A stretch of 64,000 nucleotides of DNA. Source: an uncultured Desulfocapsa sp. Its GTDB lineage: Bacteria > Desulfobacterota > Desulfobulbia > Desulfobulbales > Desulfocapsaceae. The notes under the pieces were generated by a model, which saw nothing but the letters and a program-made list of their open reading frames with translations, did no database searches and was not told the origin of the DNA. The position numbers were made by a program, and so were the translations under genes. The stretch is taken from assembly GCA_964621915.1 (NCBI GenBank), contig CAZUPS010000009.1:14200-78199 (forward strand), written 5' to 3'. Below are positions 45,128 to 54,289 of the stretch, piece by piece. Position 1 is the stretch's first letter. Each line of letters starts with the position of its first letter.

Positions 45128-45408
45128 CAGACGGTTCCCCCAAACGAGTAGATAAAGTATGTGCCTTTAATATTATATACTTAGGAGAACTTTAACAAAA
45201 CAAAGGGGCCACAGCAATGAGTCAAACCGTTCCAATCCACGATTTTTCGATCCTTAACGATAGGGAACCGCTTTTTGAGATCTTTACCTATAGTCCGCTC
45301 ACGGCCATAACTCCAATCCTGGCTGCAAACTTCCCCCTCACCGCCACAAGTTTTATAAACTGATTTATCTCACTAGCGGAAAAGCGAACCTATAACTGTT
45401 TTCAGGTG
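45128..45408 (+). repeat. Copy B of the AraC-relic direct repeat
   Basis: It carries the same element as 42411-42697. The ATG frame reads MSQTVPIHDFSILNDREPLFEIFTYSPL. The PHRHKFYKLIYLTSGKANL-stop segment is in a different frame, so this copy is also frameshifted. Confidence 0.75.
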
Positions 45409-45448
45409 GGTCCCCTTAAAAAAGGCCCCTGACTGTTTGTTGACAGTA

Positions 45449-45778
45449 TCACTTAGTTTTCTGCAGATAAGAGAGAATATCCGCAACATTTTGATCCGGC
45501 AGCTGTTTTTTTGAGAAGGAAGGCATACTTACTGAGTTTGATTTTCTTATCTTGCTCAAAAACTCACGGTAACTCAACTCTGTCTGCTGGATTCCAGGAG
45601 CTCTACCCCCTGATCCGCCGTTACCATGACAGGTCCCGCAATGCTGCATGCCAAACCATCGCTTCCCATCCGAGTGATTTCCTTCAGGCGTGGAACCACA
45701 GGACACCAAGGACAAAACCAACGCCACAACGGCAACTTGCCCCACCTTAACCATAAGTATTCCGATACTATTCTTCAT
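45449..45778 (-). CDS. Monoheme class I c-type cytochrome, lipoprotein
   Basis: The start is set at MKNSIG (ATG at 45778); the ORF extends to 45850. It has a lipobox LVSCGS, one CGTCH heme site and a distal Met candidate in SVSMPSF. Confidence 0.78.
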   Translation of the reverse strand: MKNSIGILMVKVGQVAVVALVLSLVSCGSTPEGNHSDGKRWFGMQHCGTCHGNGGSGGRAPGIQQTELSYREFLSKIRKSNSVSMPSFSKKQLPDQNVADILSYLQKTK

Positions 45779-45960
45779 ACTAACCACCTGTAAAGAGGAT
45801 GAATAAAACATCAACAGCATATGGTAATAGTTATTACCGTTCCTTGACATTCAGCTCTACACTTCATACACGTTTTCTACAAGGTAGTAACCACATTGTT
45901 ACTTATCTGTTGTTTGAGTACAGCAGAATGGATACAGAACTTCTCTATGTGAGGTGTATA

Positions 45961-46308
45961 ATGATACAACAGGCTAATCAAACAGTACCCGCTCCAGTTT
46001 GTAAGCGTCCTGATCCGGAGTTGTCCGGGATTACACTCGTGGAGTTACACTCGGAAATCCCAGTAAAAGATTACCTTCAGGCAATGGAACTTGCAAAAGA
46101 GGAAGCCGCCCGGCATCTGGAAGATTTTATGCTGATGTCATGGTATGACAAGGATCGTGACTTCGAGTCCCCGCAACATGCGACTGAAAGTGACGAAGAA
46201 TGTGCAGTGCCAGGGTATGTTGACTATGGCATCAGTCATGGGGCCACTCTCAAGATAGATTTTGAGCATGGCAGATTTGTTTTCTTTTTCACGCCGGTGG
46301 AGTGGTGA
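45961..46308 (+). CDS. Small cytoplasmic protein of unknown function
   Basis: The ATG is at 45961 with GAGGTG upstream, and the ORF is open from 45799. It is a 115-aa acidic protein ending GRFVFFFTPVEW. I do not recognise a family with confidence. Confidence 0.55.
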   Translation: MIQQANQTVPAPVCKRPDPELSGITLVELHSEIPVKDYLQAMELAKEEAARHLEDFMLMSWYDKDRDFESPQHATESDEECAVPGYVDYGISHGATLKIDFEHGRFVFFFTPVEW

Positions 46309-46316
46309 TATGAGGA

Positions 46317-46350
46317 ACCGCCGAATCTTTTTATGATCCGGTGGTTATTT
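46317..46350 (+). terminator. Possible weak terminator hairpin
   Basis: An 11-bp stem ACCGCCGAATC / GATCCGGTGGT (one G-T wobble and one mismatch) with a 7-nt loop is followed by only TATTT. It lies 9 nt after the stop of the 45961-46308 gene. Confidence 0.3.
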
Positions 46351-46516
46351 GGATCAGGGGCAGCAGGGTAGTTGGGTGCCCTCTTACCGCAACGAACAAA
46401 TTGGCATTTTGTGAAATCCTTGTTTAGGTTTTATGGTAATTGTATTATTATTGTGCTGTTTCGTTTCCCCAAGTCACTATGACTTGCAAATATAATTTCT
46501 ACCTAAGGAGATTGAA

Positions 46517-47020
46517 GTGATGAAATTTATTATGTTACTAACTGCATTGTTTTTGACTGTTGCCACAAATGCCTTCTGCATGGAGCCTATGGACACAACT
46601 GACCGCAATGATCCTTTTGTACAGTTGCTGGAAGCGCAATATCTAAAATACTATGAGGCAGGAAATAATGGCGACTTAGACGCCTGGCTCAAAACAAGGA
46701 CTGCAAAGGTTGCAAACCAAATAAAAAACACCCCAGGTGTTAATTCTGACATGTTAAAGAAGTTTTCAAAAGCCAATGCTGACCTTAGAGAGTTTGATTT
46801 TGTAAGTGTTGAGGTTGCTGGAGATGTGGCTCGGATTCTTCATAAGAAGGTCACTGGAGATACCCTTATTGTTGAAGGAGGCATGTTTTATAACGAAGAT
46901 GGTGAATGGAAAATGGGGGATGGCTCTCAGCTCACCTATAGTGGTGACATGGCAGGAAATATTGACGAGGCCATCAAGGAAATGCTCGCTAAGCCTAAAC
47001 TTCAGCTTCCCAAAAGTTGA
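46517..47020 (+). CDS. Secreted protein of unknown function
   Basis: 167-aa ORF with AAGGAG upstream and a signal peptide (LLTALFLTVATNAFC). The mature domain is about 145 aa with a mixed alpha/beta look, possibly NTF2-like. Confidence 0.6.
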   Translation: MMKFIMLLTALFLTVATNAFCMEPMDTTDRNDPFVQLLEAQYLKYYEAGNNGDLDAWLKTRTAKVANQIKNTPGVNSDMLKKFSKANADLREFDFVSVEVAGDVARILHKKVTGDTLIVEGGMFYNEDGEWKMGDGSQLTYSGDMAGNIDEAIKEMLAKPKLQLPKS

Positions 47021-47045
47021 TGGGTTATCTAGTACATCATAAATT

Positions 47046-47366
47046 TTAAAGTTTCGGATAAAGGCGTTTTAGCTTAATGCGAGCATTATCCAAACGATAT
47101 TGCCCCCTTAAGCTAGCGCCATTCAGGTCAGAGTGCCCCCCATTCTTTTGCTTGTCAGCTCCACCGAAATCCCCATAAAGAGTATCACTTCTATTTCCCC
47201 CTGAGATGGTATCATCACCACGACCTTCGTAGATTATATTCCTGCCGCCGTCACTGATAGCAACATCATCCTGTCTTGTCTTTGCAGTGAAAAGGAGAGT
47301 GGGCAGCATCAAAAACGAAATCCAGTCCGGGACGATTGCGGTTACCGGATAAGAAATGTGGCACAA
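47046..47366 (-). pseudogene. Short ORF with degenerate RTX-type (GGxGxD) calcium-binding repeats, probably a gene remnant
   Basis: 106-aa ORF containing SDGGRNIIYEGRGDDTISGGNRSDTLYGDFGGAD. It has no recognisable N-terminal domain or secretion signal. Confidence 0.3.
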
Positions 47367-47478
47367 TGTGGTATTCGTGTTTACCTTATTTTCATTGGTG
47401 ACTCTTCACGAACATTATTTACTGAGAAAACCAATCTCTTACCAGCAATAACTACTAAATAAAGACGCGGAGGGCACC

Positions 47479-47835
47479 ATGACCAGAGAACAATCTATAA
47501 AAACTATTTTAATACTACCACTTCTTTTTTGTTTTTTCCTTGCTGCCCCTCTCTCTGCCTCTAGTGCGGATGAGACGACTGCTGTAAGTAGTGACCAGAA
47601 TATTTTGACTGCTCAAGGGAAGGTAAGGAGTTTTGACCCTGAAAAACAACTTTTGCTTTTAAAGACCGACAAAGGAGAAAAGCTCACTATTTCGACTAAC
47701 CAGAAGACTGCCCTTGTTGGATACTCTTCTCTGCAGGAAATCGAAAAGAAACACGGTTTGAAAATCTGGTATGCAGTGGAGGCGGGAAAGAACGTTGCCA
47801 CAAAGATTGAGAAAAAACTTGATACGGACTGTTAG
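47479..47835 (+). CDS. Small secreted protein of unknown function
   Basis: 118-aa ORF with GGAGGG upstream and a signal peptide (FLAAPLSASSA). The mature part is about 85 aa, beta-rich, and ends in a C-terminal Cys (DTDC). Confidence 0.6.
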   Translation: MTREQSIKTILILPLLFCFFLAAPLSASSADETTAVSSDQNILTAQGKVRSFDPEKQLLLLKTDKGEKLTISTNQKTALVGYSSLQEIEKKHGLKIWYAVEAGKNVATKIEKKLDTDC

Positions 47836-47936
47836 CAGAATGAGTCCACCGTAATATCTTATAAACAGAAGCCCGGTTCTTTTTGGGGTGTTATCTGATC
47901 CCGGGAACTGGCCAATGAGTCTACAGGAGATGTACC

Positions 47937-48434
47937 ATGTTTACACGTATACTTATAACATTATTGCTTCCCGCGTTTTTATTTTGCTCGTTTACTGTTG
48001 CCCACAGTAAGGAATACACGCAGAGTCAATCGTTGACAGGACTGCCCACCGTAAAGATCTATTTTGACGTGAATATGGGGATCCCTGAAAAATTAGTCCT
48101 CCGTCTCTCTCTAATAGATAAAACGATTTCTCAGTTGAAAGATGACGGTGTGCAGCCCGAGGTTGTTATCGCCTTCCGCGGGAAAGCCAGTAAATTTGTT
48201 ACTAATGGAAAAGGGTACGTGGAAAAGGAAGATCTGGCTGTAAAAGATCAAGTTCACAAATGGCTTGAATCCTTTACCAACCAGGGAATCCACATGGAAC
48301 AATGCCTTATTGCTGCCAATCTTCTGGGAATCGCCCCGGAGGATGTCCGTAGTGAGCTCACGGTAACGAAGAATGGGTTCATTTCTATGGCTGCTTATCA
48401 ACAAAGAGGATTTAGCATGGTCCCCATGGATTAA
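47937..48434 (+). CDS. DsrE/DsrF-like (COG1416-type) protein with a signal peptide
   Basis: 165-aa ORF with a signal peptide (LLLPAFLFCSFTVAHS). The core VKIYFDVNMG ... VVIAFRGKA ... EQCLIAANLLGI ... QQRGFSMVPMD matches the DsrE-like pattern with its conserved Cys. Confidence 0.65.
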   Translation: MFTRILITLLLPAFLFCSFTVAHSKEYTQSQSLTGLPTVKIYFDVNMGIPEKLVLRLSLIDKTISQLKDDGVQPEVVIAFRGKASKFVTNGKGYVEKEDLAVKDQVHKWLESFTNQGIHMEQCLIAANLLGIAPEDVRSELTVTKNGFISMAAYQQRGFSMVPMD

Positions 48435-48685
48435 TGGGAATCTGGATAATATCCAATGGATAGATTGCTATTTGAACAGCAGAAGTTAATGAGAATAGCA
48501 AAAGAAGATATACCTATCAGGATTGAAGTACCTACCGAGATGATTTTATTCAGCCCGCAACATGAACATGGGCTGGTTATTGACCATATTCTTAAAAAAG
48601 TTCAAGGTTAACTGCCTTGGGAGCGTGAGCTTTCCTGGCTGCATTCCGGGGAATCTCACCCACCTGAGGAACTAAAGGGGAAGGC

Positions 48686-49318
48686 CTAACCTGTTGCCAG
48701 CCAGACCCCGACTCCCATCATCAAGGTTCCTGCTACCCTGTTCATTGTCTGCAAGGTGTTTTTTTCCTGAAGCAGTTTGCGCAGTGTCCGTCCCCCTGCT
48801 GCATAGCCAATGAGGCAGCAGAATTCAATACTGAGAATAATGATAAGAAGCGTCGCGATTTGCGGGGAAAGGGCGTATGCCGGATTGATAAATGGTGGTA
48901 AAAGAGAAATCATAAAGGCCCAGCCCTTAGGGTTGGCAATGGCCGTTATAAAGCCCTGAACAAATAACGCCCTTCTACTGAGATTGATCTGTTTATTGTC
49001 CCCTGCACAGAGAGCCATCTTTCCTTTTGACTGCCACATCTGAATGCCAAGGTAGCCAAGATACAGTCCTCCGCCATATTTCAAAACAAGAAAAACAGCA
49101 GGGAAATTCAGCATAATTGCTGCAACCCCAGCCACTGCTGCCACAGAGACAAGACCGACTCCCAGCAGTTCGCCCCACATCATCCAGAAGGTGCGACGGA
49201 GCCCAATGGACATTCCCAGAGTCATTGACAAGGTCATGCACATTCCAGGTGTTGCCGAGACAAAAAAGAATGTCGGAACAAAGACGGTGAGGATAGATAG
49301 ATCGATTGTGTTAGTCAT
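48686..49318 (-). CDS. LysE/RhtB-family amino-acid exporter
   Basis: The start is set at MTNTIDLS (ATG at 49318); the ORF extends to 49387. It has 6 TM helices and the N-terminal family motif FFFVSATPGM. Confidence 0.82.
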   Translation of the reverse strand: MTNTIDLSILTVFVPTFFFVSATPGMCMTLSMTLGMSIGLRRTFWMMWGELLGVGLVSVAAVAGVAAIMLNFPAVFLVLKYGGGLYLGYLGIQMWQSKGKMALCAGDNKQINLSRRALFVQGFITAIANPKGWAFMISLLPPFINPAYALSPQIATLLIIILSIEFCCLIGYAAGGRTLRKLLQEKNTLQTMNRVAGTLMMGVGVWLATG

Positions 49319-49350
49319 TGGTAGAGAGATAGACAAAAGAAAGGAACTAG

Positions 49351-49371
49351 AGGGGAACCGATCGTTCCCCT
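49351..49371 (-). promoter_or_regulatory. Intergenic hairpin, a possible terminator or attenuator between the HAD hydrolase and lysE-like genes
   Basis: An 8-bp perfect stem AGGGGAAC / GTTCCCCT with the 5-nt loop CGATC. On the minus strand it is followed by a T-rich stretch, CTAGTTCCTTTCTTTTGT. It lies 29 nt after the hydrolase stop and 33 nt before the exporter start. Confidence 0.4.
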
Positions 49372-49399
49372 GATAGCTTTCTACCATACTTCGTTCACG

Positions 49400-50386
49400 T
49401 TATGGATAAATAACTTTCCACTCTTTTTTCATATCAACGACAGTCCAACCATTATTTTTTGCTTCGATCAATCCCTTGTCAAGACGACCAACGTGTGAAT
49501 CACGGTCATAGGCGAATTCACGTTCTCCGTCGGTATGATGGACAATACCGGCAAAACGTTTGCCTTCGCCTGCCAAAGTCGACCATTGCAGCATTTGCAA
49601 ATCACCATCGGAATTACCAAAGGCGAAAATTGGGCGGCGCCCTATATGCTGATTGATTCCAACAGGTTTTCCTTCCTTATCATCATTAAAGTTAAGCTTC
49701 GGTTCACGCACCAAGACAGGTTTACCATCTCGCATTTCAAACCTGGTGACAATGGAGCTGCCCACTACCTGCTCAGGTGGAATTCCGTAGATCTTTTCTG
49801 TCCATGGACGCATAAACTCTATTCCACCACCGGAGACAATAAAGGTCTTAAAATCGTTGGCCCTCAAAAAATCCAGTAGCTCAAGCATGGGTTTATAGAC
49901 AAGTTCAGTGAACGGTTTATTCAAGGTGGGATGTTCTGCGGTTTGCATCCATTTGTTGACCATATCTGTAAATTCATCAGTTGTCATACCGGCATGGGTA
50001 GTCATAATCAGTTCGACCACCTCTTTTTCACCCGAGGCAGCAAGGGTCTCCATATCTCCCTCAAGCACTGCCTGGAAAGGCTGCTGACTCTTCCATTCAG
50101 GATGATCTGCAGCCATTTCTTTTACCCTGTCCATGGTAAAGTACAGAAAGAAATAAATAGGTTTCTCTGCCCAGAGAGTACCATCGTTATCAAAGACAGC
50201 GATACGTTCGGACGGCTGAACATAATCTGCACTTGATTTGTCGGTTACTGCTTTAACAAATGCGGTTATGGCATTCTTACTCGGCCCTTCATTCCAGGAC
50301 TGTAACGGGTCCGTTTGAGACCAACAGGGAGTGGAGAATATAAGTGTAAAGAACAAAATTACGTTGAAGATGCTTATGCGTTTCAT
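49400..50386 (-). CDS. Secreted HAD-superfamily hydrolase (phosphatase-like)
   Basis: 328-aa ORF with a signal peptide, HAD motif I FDNDGTLW, a cap region, and motifs II-IV (IVSGG, and GNSDGD near the C-terminus). Confidence 0.8.
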   Translation of the reverse strand: MKRISIFNVILFFTLIFSTPCWSQTDPLQSWNEGPSKNAITAFVKAVTDKSSADYVQPSERIAVFDNDGTLWAEKPIYFFLYFTMDRVKEMAADHPEWKSQQPFQAVLEGDMETLAASGEKEVVELIMTTHAGMTTDEFTDMVNKWMQTAEHPTLNKPFTELVYKPMLELLDFLRANDFKTFIVSGGGIEFMRPWTEKIYGIPPEQVVGSSIVTRFEMRDGKPVLVREPKLNFNDDKEGKPVGINQHIGRRPIFAFGNSDGDLQMLQWSTLAGEGKRFAGIVHHTDGEREFAYDRDSHVGRLDKGLIEAKNNGWTVVDMKKEWKVIYP

Positions 50387-50435
50387 GGTTTTCCTTTTTT
50401 GTTAACGTTGTATGGACACTCGACAAAAAATGATA

Positions 50436-51197
50436 TTAAAATTTATAAATTAAACCCAGTAACGGTCCATAGGTAACGGTGTCATATGAAAAATAGCCAG
50501 GCGTACCTTTTGTTCCGGTTTCATAATCAACCCAAGTCGCCTTGTACTCAATATCCAGTAACCAGGAATCAGTCATGGCATACTTAAAACCAGCAGAAAC
50601 GCTGGCTGTAAAATCTGCCTCCAGACCAAAACCACCCATATCACCACGGAGAGTAAAATTCCATTTTTCACTTACCGGGGTTATCCAGCGACCACCCACA
50701 AACAAATCCACCCAGTCCTCTCTGATATTCCCCGTCACAGAACCGGGTAAAAGAGCCGGATCAACAGTTACCTTAAAATCATTATCCCACCAGCGAATAC
50801 CACCGAGATAATCGAAGGTACCATTCCCGAGCGCTACTCGATAAAACAGGTCTGCCTGTAACACTCCCTGCCGTACTTTAAGATCAGTCACTCCGCCCTG
50901 TGGACCGGAGATATCATCACGTAAATCCATAAAGCTGTAATCCAGTGCGGCCCCCCAACCAGTTTCGTGGTACGCCTCAAAGTGCACCATACCAGCCATG
51001 TTCAACACTGACAGAATGTCACCGAAATCCACATCCACTTCGGCACCGGTAGCACGACCAATACCTGAATCTCCCTCAATGGTTGTTGCCAGCAGATATA
51101 ATTCAACTTCATATTCCCAGCCTTCTGCCTGTGCGAAGACCGGTAGTAATAGACTCACACTCATTACGCTTAGTAACAGTATCTTCTTCATATTCAT
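50436..51197 (-). CDS. Outer-membrane beta-barrel protein
   Basis: 253-aa ORF with a signal peptide (LLPVFAQA), alternating amphipathic strands and the terminal LIYKF. It lies 28 bp downstream of batD on the same strand. Confidence 0.7.
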   Translation of the reverse strand: MNMKKILLLSVMSVSLLLPVFAQAEGWEYEVELYLLATTIEGDSGIGRATGAEVDVDFGDILSVLNMAGMVHFEAYHETGWGAALDYSFMDLRDDISGPQGGVTDLKVRQGVLQADLFYRVALGNGTFDYLGGIRWWDNDFKVTVDPALLPGSVTGNIREDWVDLFVGGRWITPVSEKWNFTLRGDMGGFGLEADFTASVSAGFKYAMTDSWLLDIEYKATWVDYETGTKGTPGYFSYDTVTYGPLLGLIYKF

Positions 51198-51225
51198 CCT
51201 TTTCCTCTCAATATTCCTTCTTTCA

Positions 51226-52560
51226 TCACGGGTTCAAGGCAGGCAAAACATATTGCACAGCATGAGATTTTTGGTGCTTTAGTTTCTTTCTGGCCCGCTG
51301 CACTCTGATATAAAGCCTGTCTCCAGACCATGTTTTGTCCTGTCCGCCGGCATACAGTGTTGTCTCAAGATTCTCCACCTGTGTGCTCAATTCGGAATCA
51401 GCTGCCAGTTTGACAAACGCTGAAATCCTGCCGGAGTTCCCGGTAAAATTACTATAATCAAGCCAGTGCAAGAGAGCCAGCATGGTGGCTTTGGCATCTC
51501 CTGACGCTGAGACCTGTTGAAACTCTTTAAAAAGGTCATTTTCCATATCCAACACCAATGGCCTTTGTTTTTGTATTCTGCGAATCTGCAGGACAACAAC
51601 CGCAGCAACAAGAACAGCGAAAAGAAGTATAAGCAGTGGCCACTTCCAGGAAGAACGCAGGTTTTCTTCGAAAACGTTACTCCCCACCGGACTCTCTTTC
51701 TGCAGAAGAGGATTTGCAGCAACTTCCAATTCCACTCCTTTCAATACAATATTCTGCAGGGATTCACTCTTTGGGTTCCACCACTGTACTTGTGTTTCAG
51801 CAATAGTGAAAAGCCCCTTCTGCTCACAGACATAACTTATCGTTTCAATGCGTTTTCCTGTAAAAGCTCCTCGCTGCATTTTATCTGCAACCTGGGCCGG
51901 TTTAGTATATACGCCCAGACCTTCAATCCTCCCAGCATTAAAAGGCGGAAAGGCCATCCCCGGCAAGTCATCGGCGGTCATGGTTATTATTCTGGTAAAA
52001 GCATCGCCCACTTTGGCTTTTTCGGGCACTGGTTCCCATCGATCATCAATGTGAAGATTGGTGGTGGTAATTACAACTCTTTTGGGGTCAGCACCTGGGA
52101 TTTCTGCAACGGTAAACTGCAATTCATGGGTGCTGAAACTCTTTTCAACCAACTTGTTTTCTGCCCCGCGATAACCAAACTCCACGGAAAATGGGGGCAC
52201 TGTCATGCTCCCTGCATACTGAGGAAACAAGGTGATTTCATGTTGTTTGAAGATATAAGAAACACCATCAATTTTTTCGGTTCCCAGCAGTGGACGATCT
52301 TCACTTTCCATGATGAGCATCCCCGAAACCTTGGGAAGTTCAAAACGGGTTGATCCGGAAAATGATGTAGTAGTGTAGAGTTTCACATAGAGTGTTTGCC
52401 GCTGTCCCGGCCAGGTTTTTTCATTCTTCTTCAACTCTGTCTTTATAAAGGCAGGATCTGTGTTTGCAAAAGCAAAGTCAGTGAATGTTAAAGACAAAAG
52501 GCTGAGTACCATGAAAAGACATGAACACTGATGGAGAATTGGAGATCGCGTAGTTGTCAT
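51226..52560 (-). CDS. batD: BatD-like protein
   Basis: The start is set at MTTTRSP (ATG at 52560, an ATGA overlap with the batC stop); the ORF extends to 52653. It has a signal peptide, a long beta-rich extracytoplasmic region and a single C-proximal TM (LLILLFAVLVAAVVVL). The call rests on its position after batC. Confidence 0.65.
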   Translation of the reverse strand: MTTTRSPILHQCSCLFMVLSLLSLTFTDFAFANTDPAFIKTELKKNEKTWPGQRQTLYVKLYTTTSFSGSTRFELPKVSGMLIMESEDRPLLGTEKIDGVSYIFKQHEITLFPQYAGSMTVPPFSVEFGYRGAENKLVEKSFSTHELQFTVAEIPGADPKRVVITTTNLHIDDRWEPVPEKAKVGDAFTRIITMTADDLPGMAFPPFNAGRIEGLGVYTKPAQVADKMQRGAFTGKRIETISYVCEQKGLFTIAETQVQWWNPKSESLQNIVLKGVELEVAANPLLQKESPVGSNVFEENLRSSWKWPLLILLFAVLVAAVVVLQIRRIQKQRPLVLDMENDLFKEFQQVSASGDAKATMLALLHWLDYSNFTGNSGRISAFVKLAADSELSTQVENLETTLYAGGQDKTWSGDRLYIRVQRARKKLKHQKSHAVQYVLPALNP

Positions 52561-53213
52561 TTGTCTTCTCCTGTCTCGTCGCTTATCACATACTGATAGG
52601 AGAACTTGGCTCGCAGAAAATCTGCCGGTTCGGTCTGTACCCGACGCAACCAAATGGCACGCATTTCCTGATCTGTTGCCTGCCCTCCACCTTGAACAGT
52701 TTCTTTCTGGTCTCCTGTTTTATTTGCTGCTCGCTTATCAAAGACAATCTCATCGGGTGGAAGCTTTCCTTCTGTACCTCCAGCATCATCATCTGGTGGT
52801 GCCATTTTTTCTTTTCTAACACGTGCCAGGGCAAGGTTCTCTTCTGCTTCAAGCCAGTCGGATTTTTGATTGAGTACCTGTTCATATCCTGCAATGGCAG
52901 CATCATATTTCCCTGACATAAGCTCGGAATTCGAACGATTATACAAAGCCTCCACCGAAGCATCTCTGCCAAAGGTGGCAGCGGCAGCCTTAAAATCACC
53001 ATCCCGATACAAAGCAGTTCCACGTTGCATTGGGTCTTCAAAGATTTTGGCTGCGGCCTTAAAATCCTGTTTTGCCATCAACCGTCTTCCCTGTTGATCC
53101 GGGCTAAGAAAAAGATCAGCCAGCGACCAGTTGACAGTGGAAAACGCAAAGGTAAATGACATAAGAATCAGCGCCCCTATTGCCAGCCGTGTATATTTAT
53201 ACAGATTATTCAT
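52557..53213 (-). CDS. batC: BatC-like TPR-repeat protein
   Basis: 218-aa ORF with an N-terminal TM, TPR-like units (FKAAAKIFEDP, GDFKAAAATF, GKYDAAIAGYEQVL) and an acidic tail. Confidence 0.75.
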   Translation of the reverse strand: MNNLYKYTRLAIGALILMSFTFAFSTVNWSLADLFLSPDQQGRRLMAKQDFKAAAKIFEDPMQRGTALYRDGDFKAAAATFGRDASVEALYNRSNSELMSGKYDAAIAGYEQVLNQKSDWLEAEENLALARVRKEKMAPPDDDAGGTEGKLPPDEIVFDKRAANKTGDQKETVQGGGQATDQEMRAIWLRRVQTEPADFLRAKFSYQYVISDETGEDK

Positions 53214-54174
53214 AAACGACTATCCACCCGCGCCTGAAGAAAAAGAGTGCCAATACAAGGAGCAGGGGTAACAACCAATACCCGGCATCCTTCCAGCGTT
53301 CACCCTGATTCTGTTTTGCTGCGGAGAGGCTGGTTTCGATGCGCTGGCTCAGTTTTTGGACATCTCGGTCATCGGGAGAGACTATGGTCAGACTGGCATC
53401 TAATGTGTCAGCAGCTTTTTTCATATCATTCATATTCAGAGCCGGGCCTGGTGGACTTCCCGAGGGAACAGTAACACCCTTGTCAGCAGCAATTGCATAT
53501 ATCTGAACTGGAATATTTGATTGTTGGTTAAATTTCTGCATCGCTCCAAGCTGATCCCCTGCGATTTGATCAGTAATCAGTAAAATGGATCCTGGAATTT
53601 CCGCTTTCATCAGTATTGAGGCAGCAAGTTCAAGGGCTTCTGCTGCAGCGTCACCAACTTCTGGCATAATTTCAGGAGTCAAAGCCTGACTGAACATATC
53701 GATGATATTGGGATCCAGCGTGAGCGGCATGGTTAAGTGGGCACTGCCGCTATATGCAATAAGTGCAGTTTTACTACCAGGCCGAAGCTTGAGAAGATCA
53801 TGAATCTTCTGGGTTGCTCTTTCCAGGCGTGAAGGCTGAATATCCTGAGCCAGCATGCTTGGAGTAACCTTCAGAGCAATGACAAGACCTGCTGTATCTT
53901 CTGTAAAAGGAGACGGTTCTTTCTGCCAGGATGGCCCGGCAAGGGCAATGATGGCGATGAACCAAAACAGTGCCAGTAAATAAATTGGTCGTACTTTATT
54001 CTGTTTTGTTCCGCCAACCACTAGATGCTCTAGTAAATGATCGGCAATAAGGGATTGCATTGCTGATTTGGAATTTTGAGTTTTCCATGCGTACCACAGC
54101 AAAAGAGATGCTGGAATGAGGATTGTCAGCAGCCAGGGACGGAGGAAATGGAAGTTTGTCAGGAGGTTGAGCAT
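53206..54174 (-). CDS. batB: BatB-like VWA-domain membrane protein
   Basis: 322-aa ORF with AGGAGGG upstream. It has two N-terminal TM helices, a VWA fold and a C-terminal TM. The MIDAS position reads KVTPS instead of DxSxS. Confidence 0.8.
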   Translation of the reverse strand: MLNLLTNFHFLRPWLLTILIPASLLLWYAWKTQNSKSAMQSLIADHLLEHLVVGGTKQNKVRPIYLLALFWFIAIIALAGPSWQKEPSPFTEDTAGLVIALKVTPSMLAQDIQPSRLERATQKIHDLLKLRPGSKTALIAYSGSAHLTMPLTLDPNIIDMFSQALTPEIMPEVGDAAAEALELAASILMKAEIPGSILLITDQIAGDQLGAMQKFNQQSNIPVQIYAIAADKGVTVPSGSPPGPALNMNDMKKAADTLDASLTIVSPDDRDVQKLSQRIETSLSAAKQNQGERWKDAGYWLLPLLLVLALFFFRRGWIVVYE

Positions 54175-54220
54175 ATTCCCTCCTGATTAAAGAGAATGGT
54201 TAAAGGATTAACGTTCAACT

Positions 54221-54247
54221 TCCAACGCTCAACGTTCAACATTGAAC
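54221..54247. repeat. Left arm of the inverted repeat flanking the four-helix-bundle gene
   Basis: It reads TCCAACGCTCAACGT followed directly by TCAACATTGAAC. Both blocks recur in inverted orientation at 54713-54727 and 54670-54681. The surrounding sequence is rich in AACGTTCAAC units. Confidence 0.7.
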
Positions 54248-54289
54248 GAAAAAGTGAGCTGCTAATGCAGGATGTTGAATGATTGTTTT

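Noticed and set aside
48456-48611. A 51-codon ORF (MDRLLFEQQKLMRIAKEDIPIRIEVPTEMILFSPQHEHGLVIDHILKKVQG) downstream of the DsrE-like gene
   Set aside because: It has no clear ribosome-binding site and no recognisable family, and it is too short to separate from chance.
51517-52353. A 278-aa plus-strand ORF antisense to batD
   Set aside because: It has no motifs, odd composition and no ribosome-binding site, and the opposite-strand gene fits an operon with coupled starts. I treat it as a shadow ORF. The same reasoning applies to 55018-55683 (antisense to batA) and 59513-60178 (antisense to the sulfatase).
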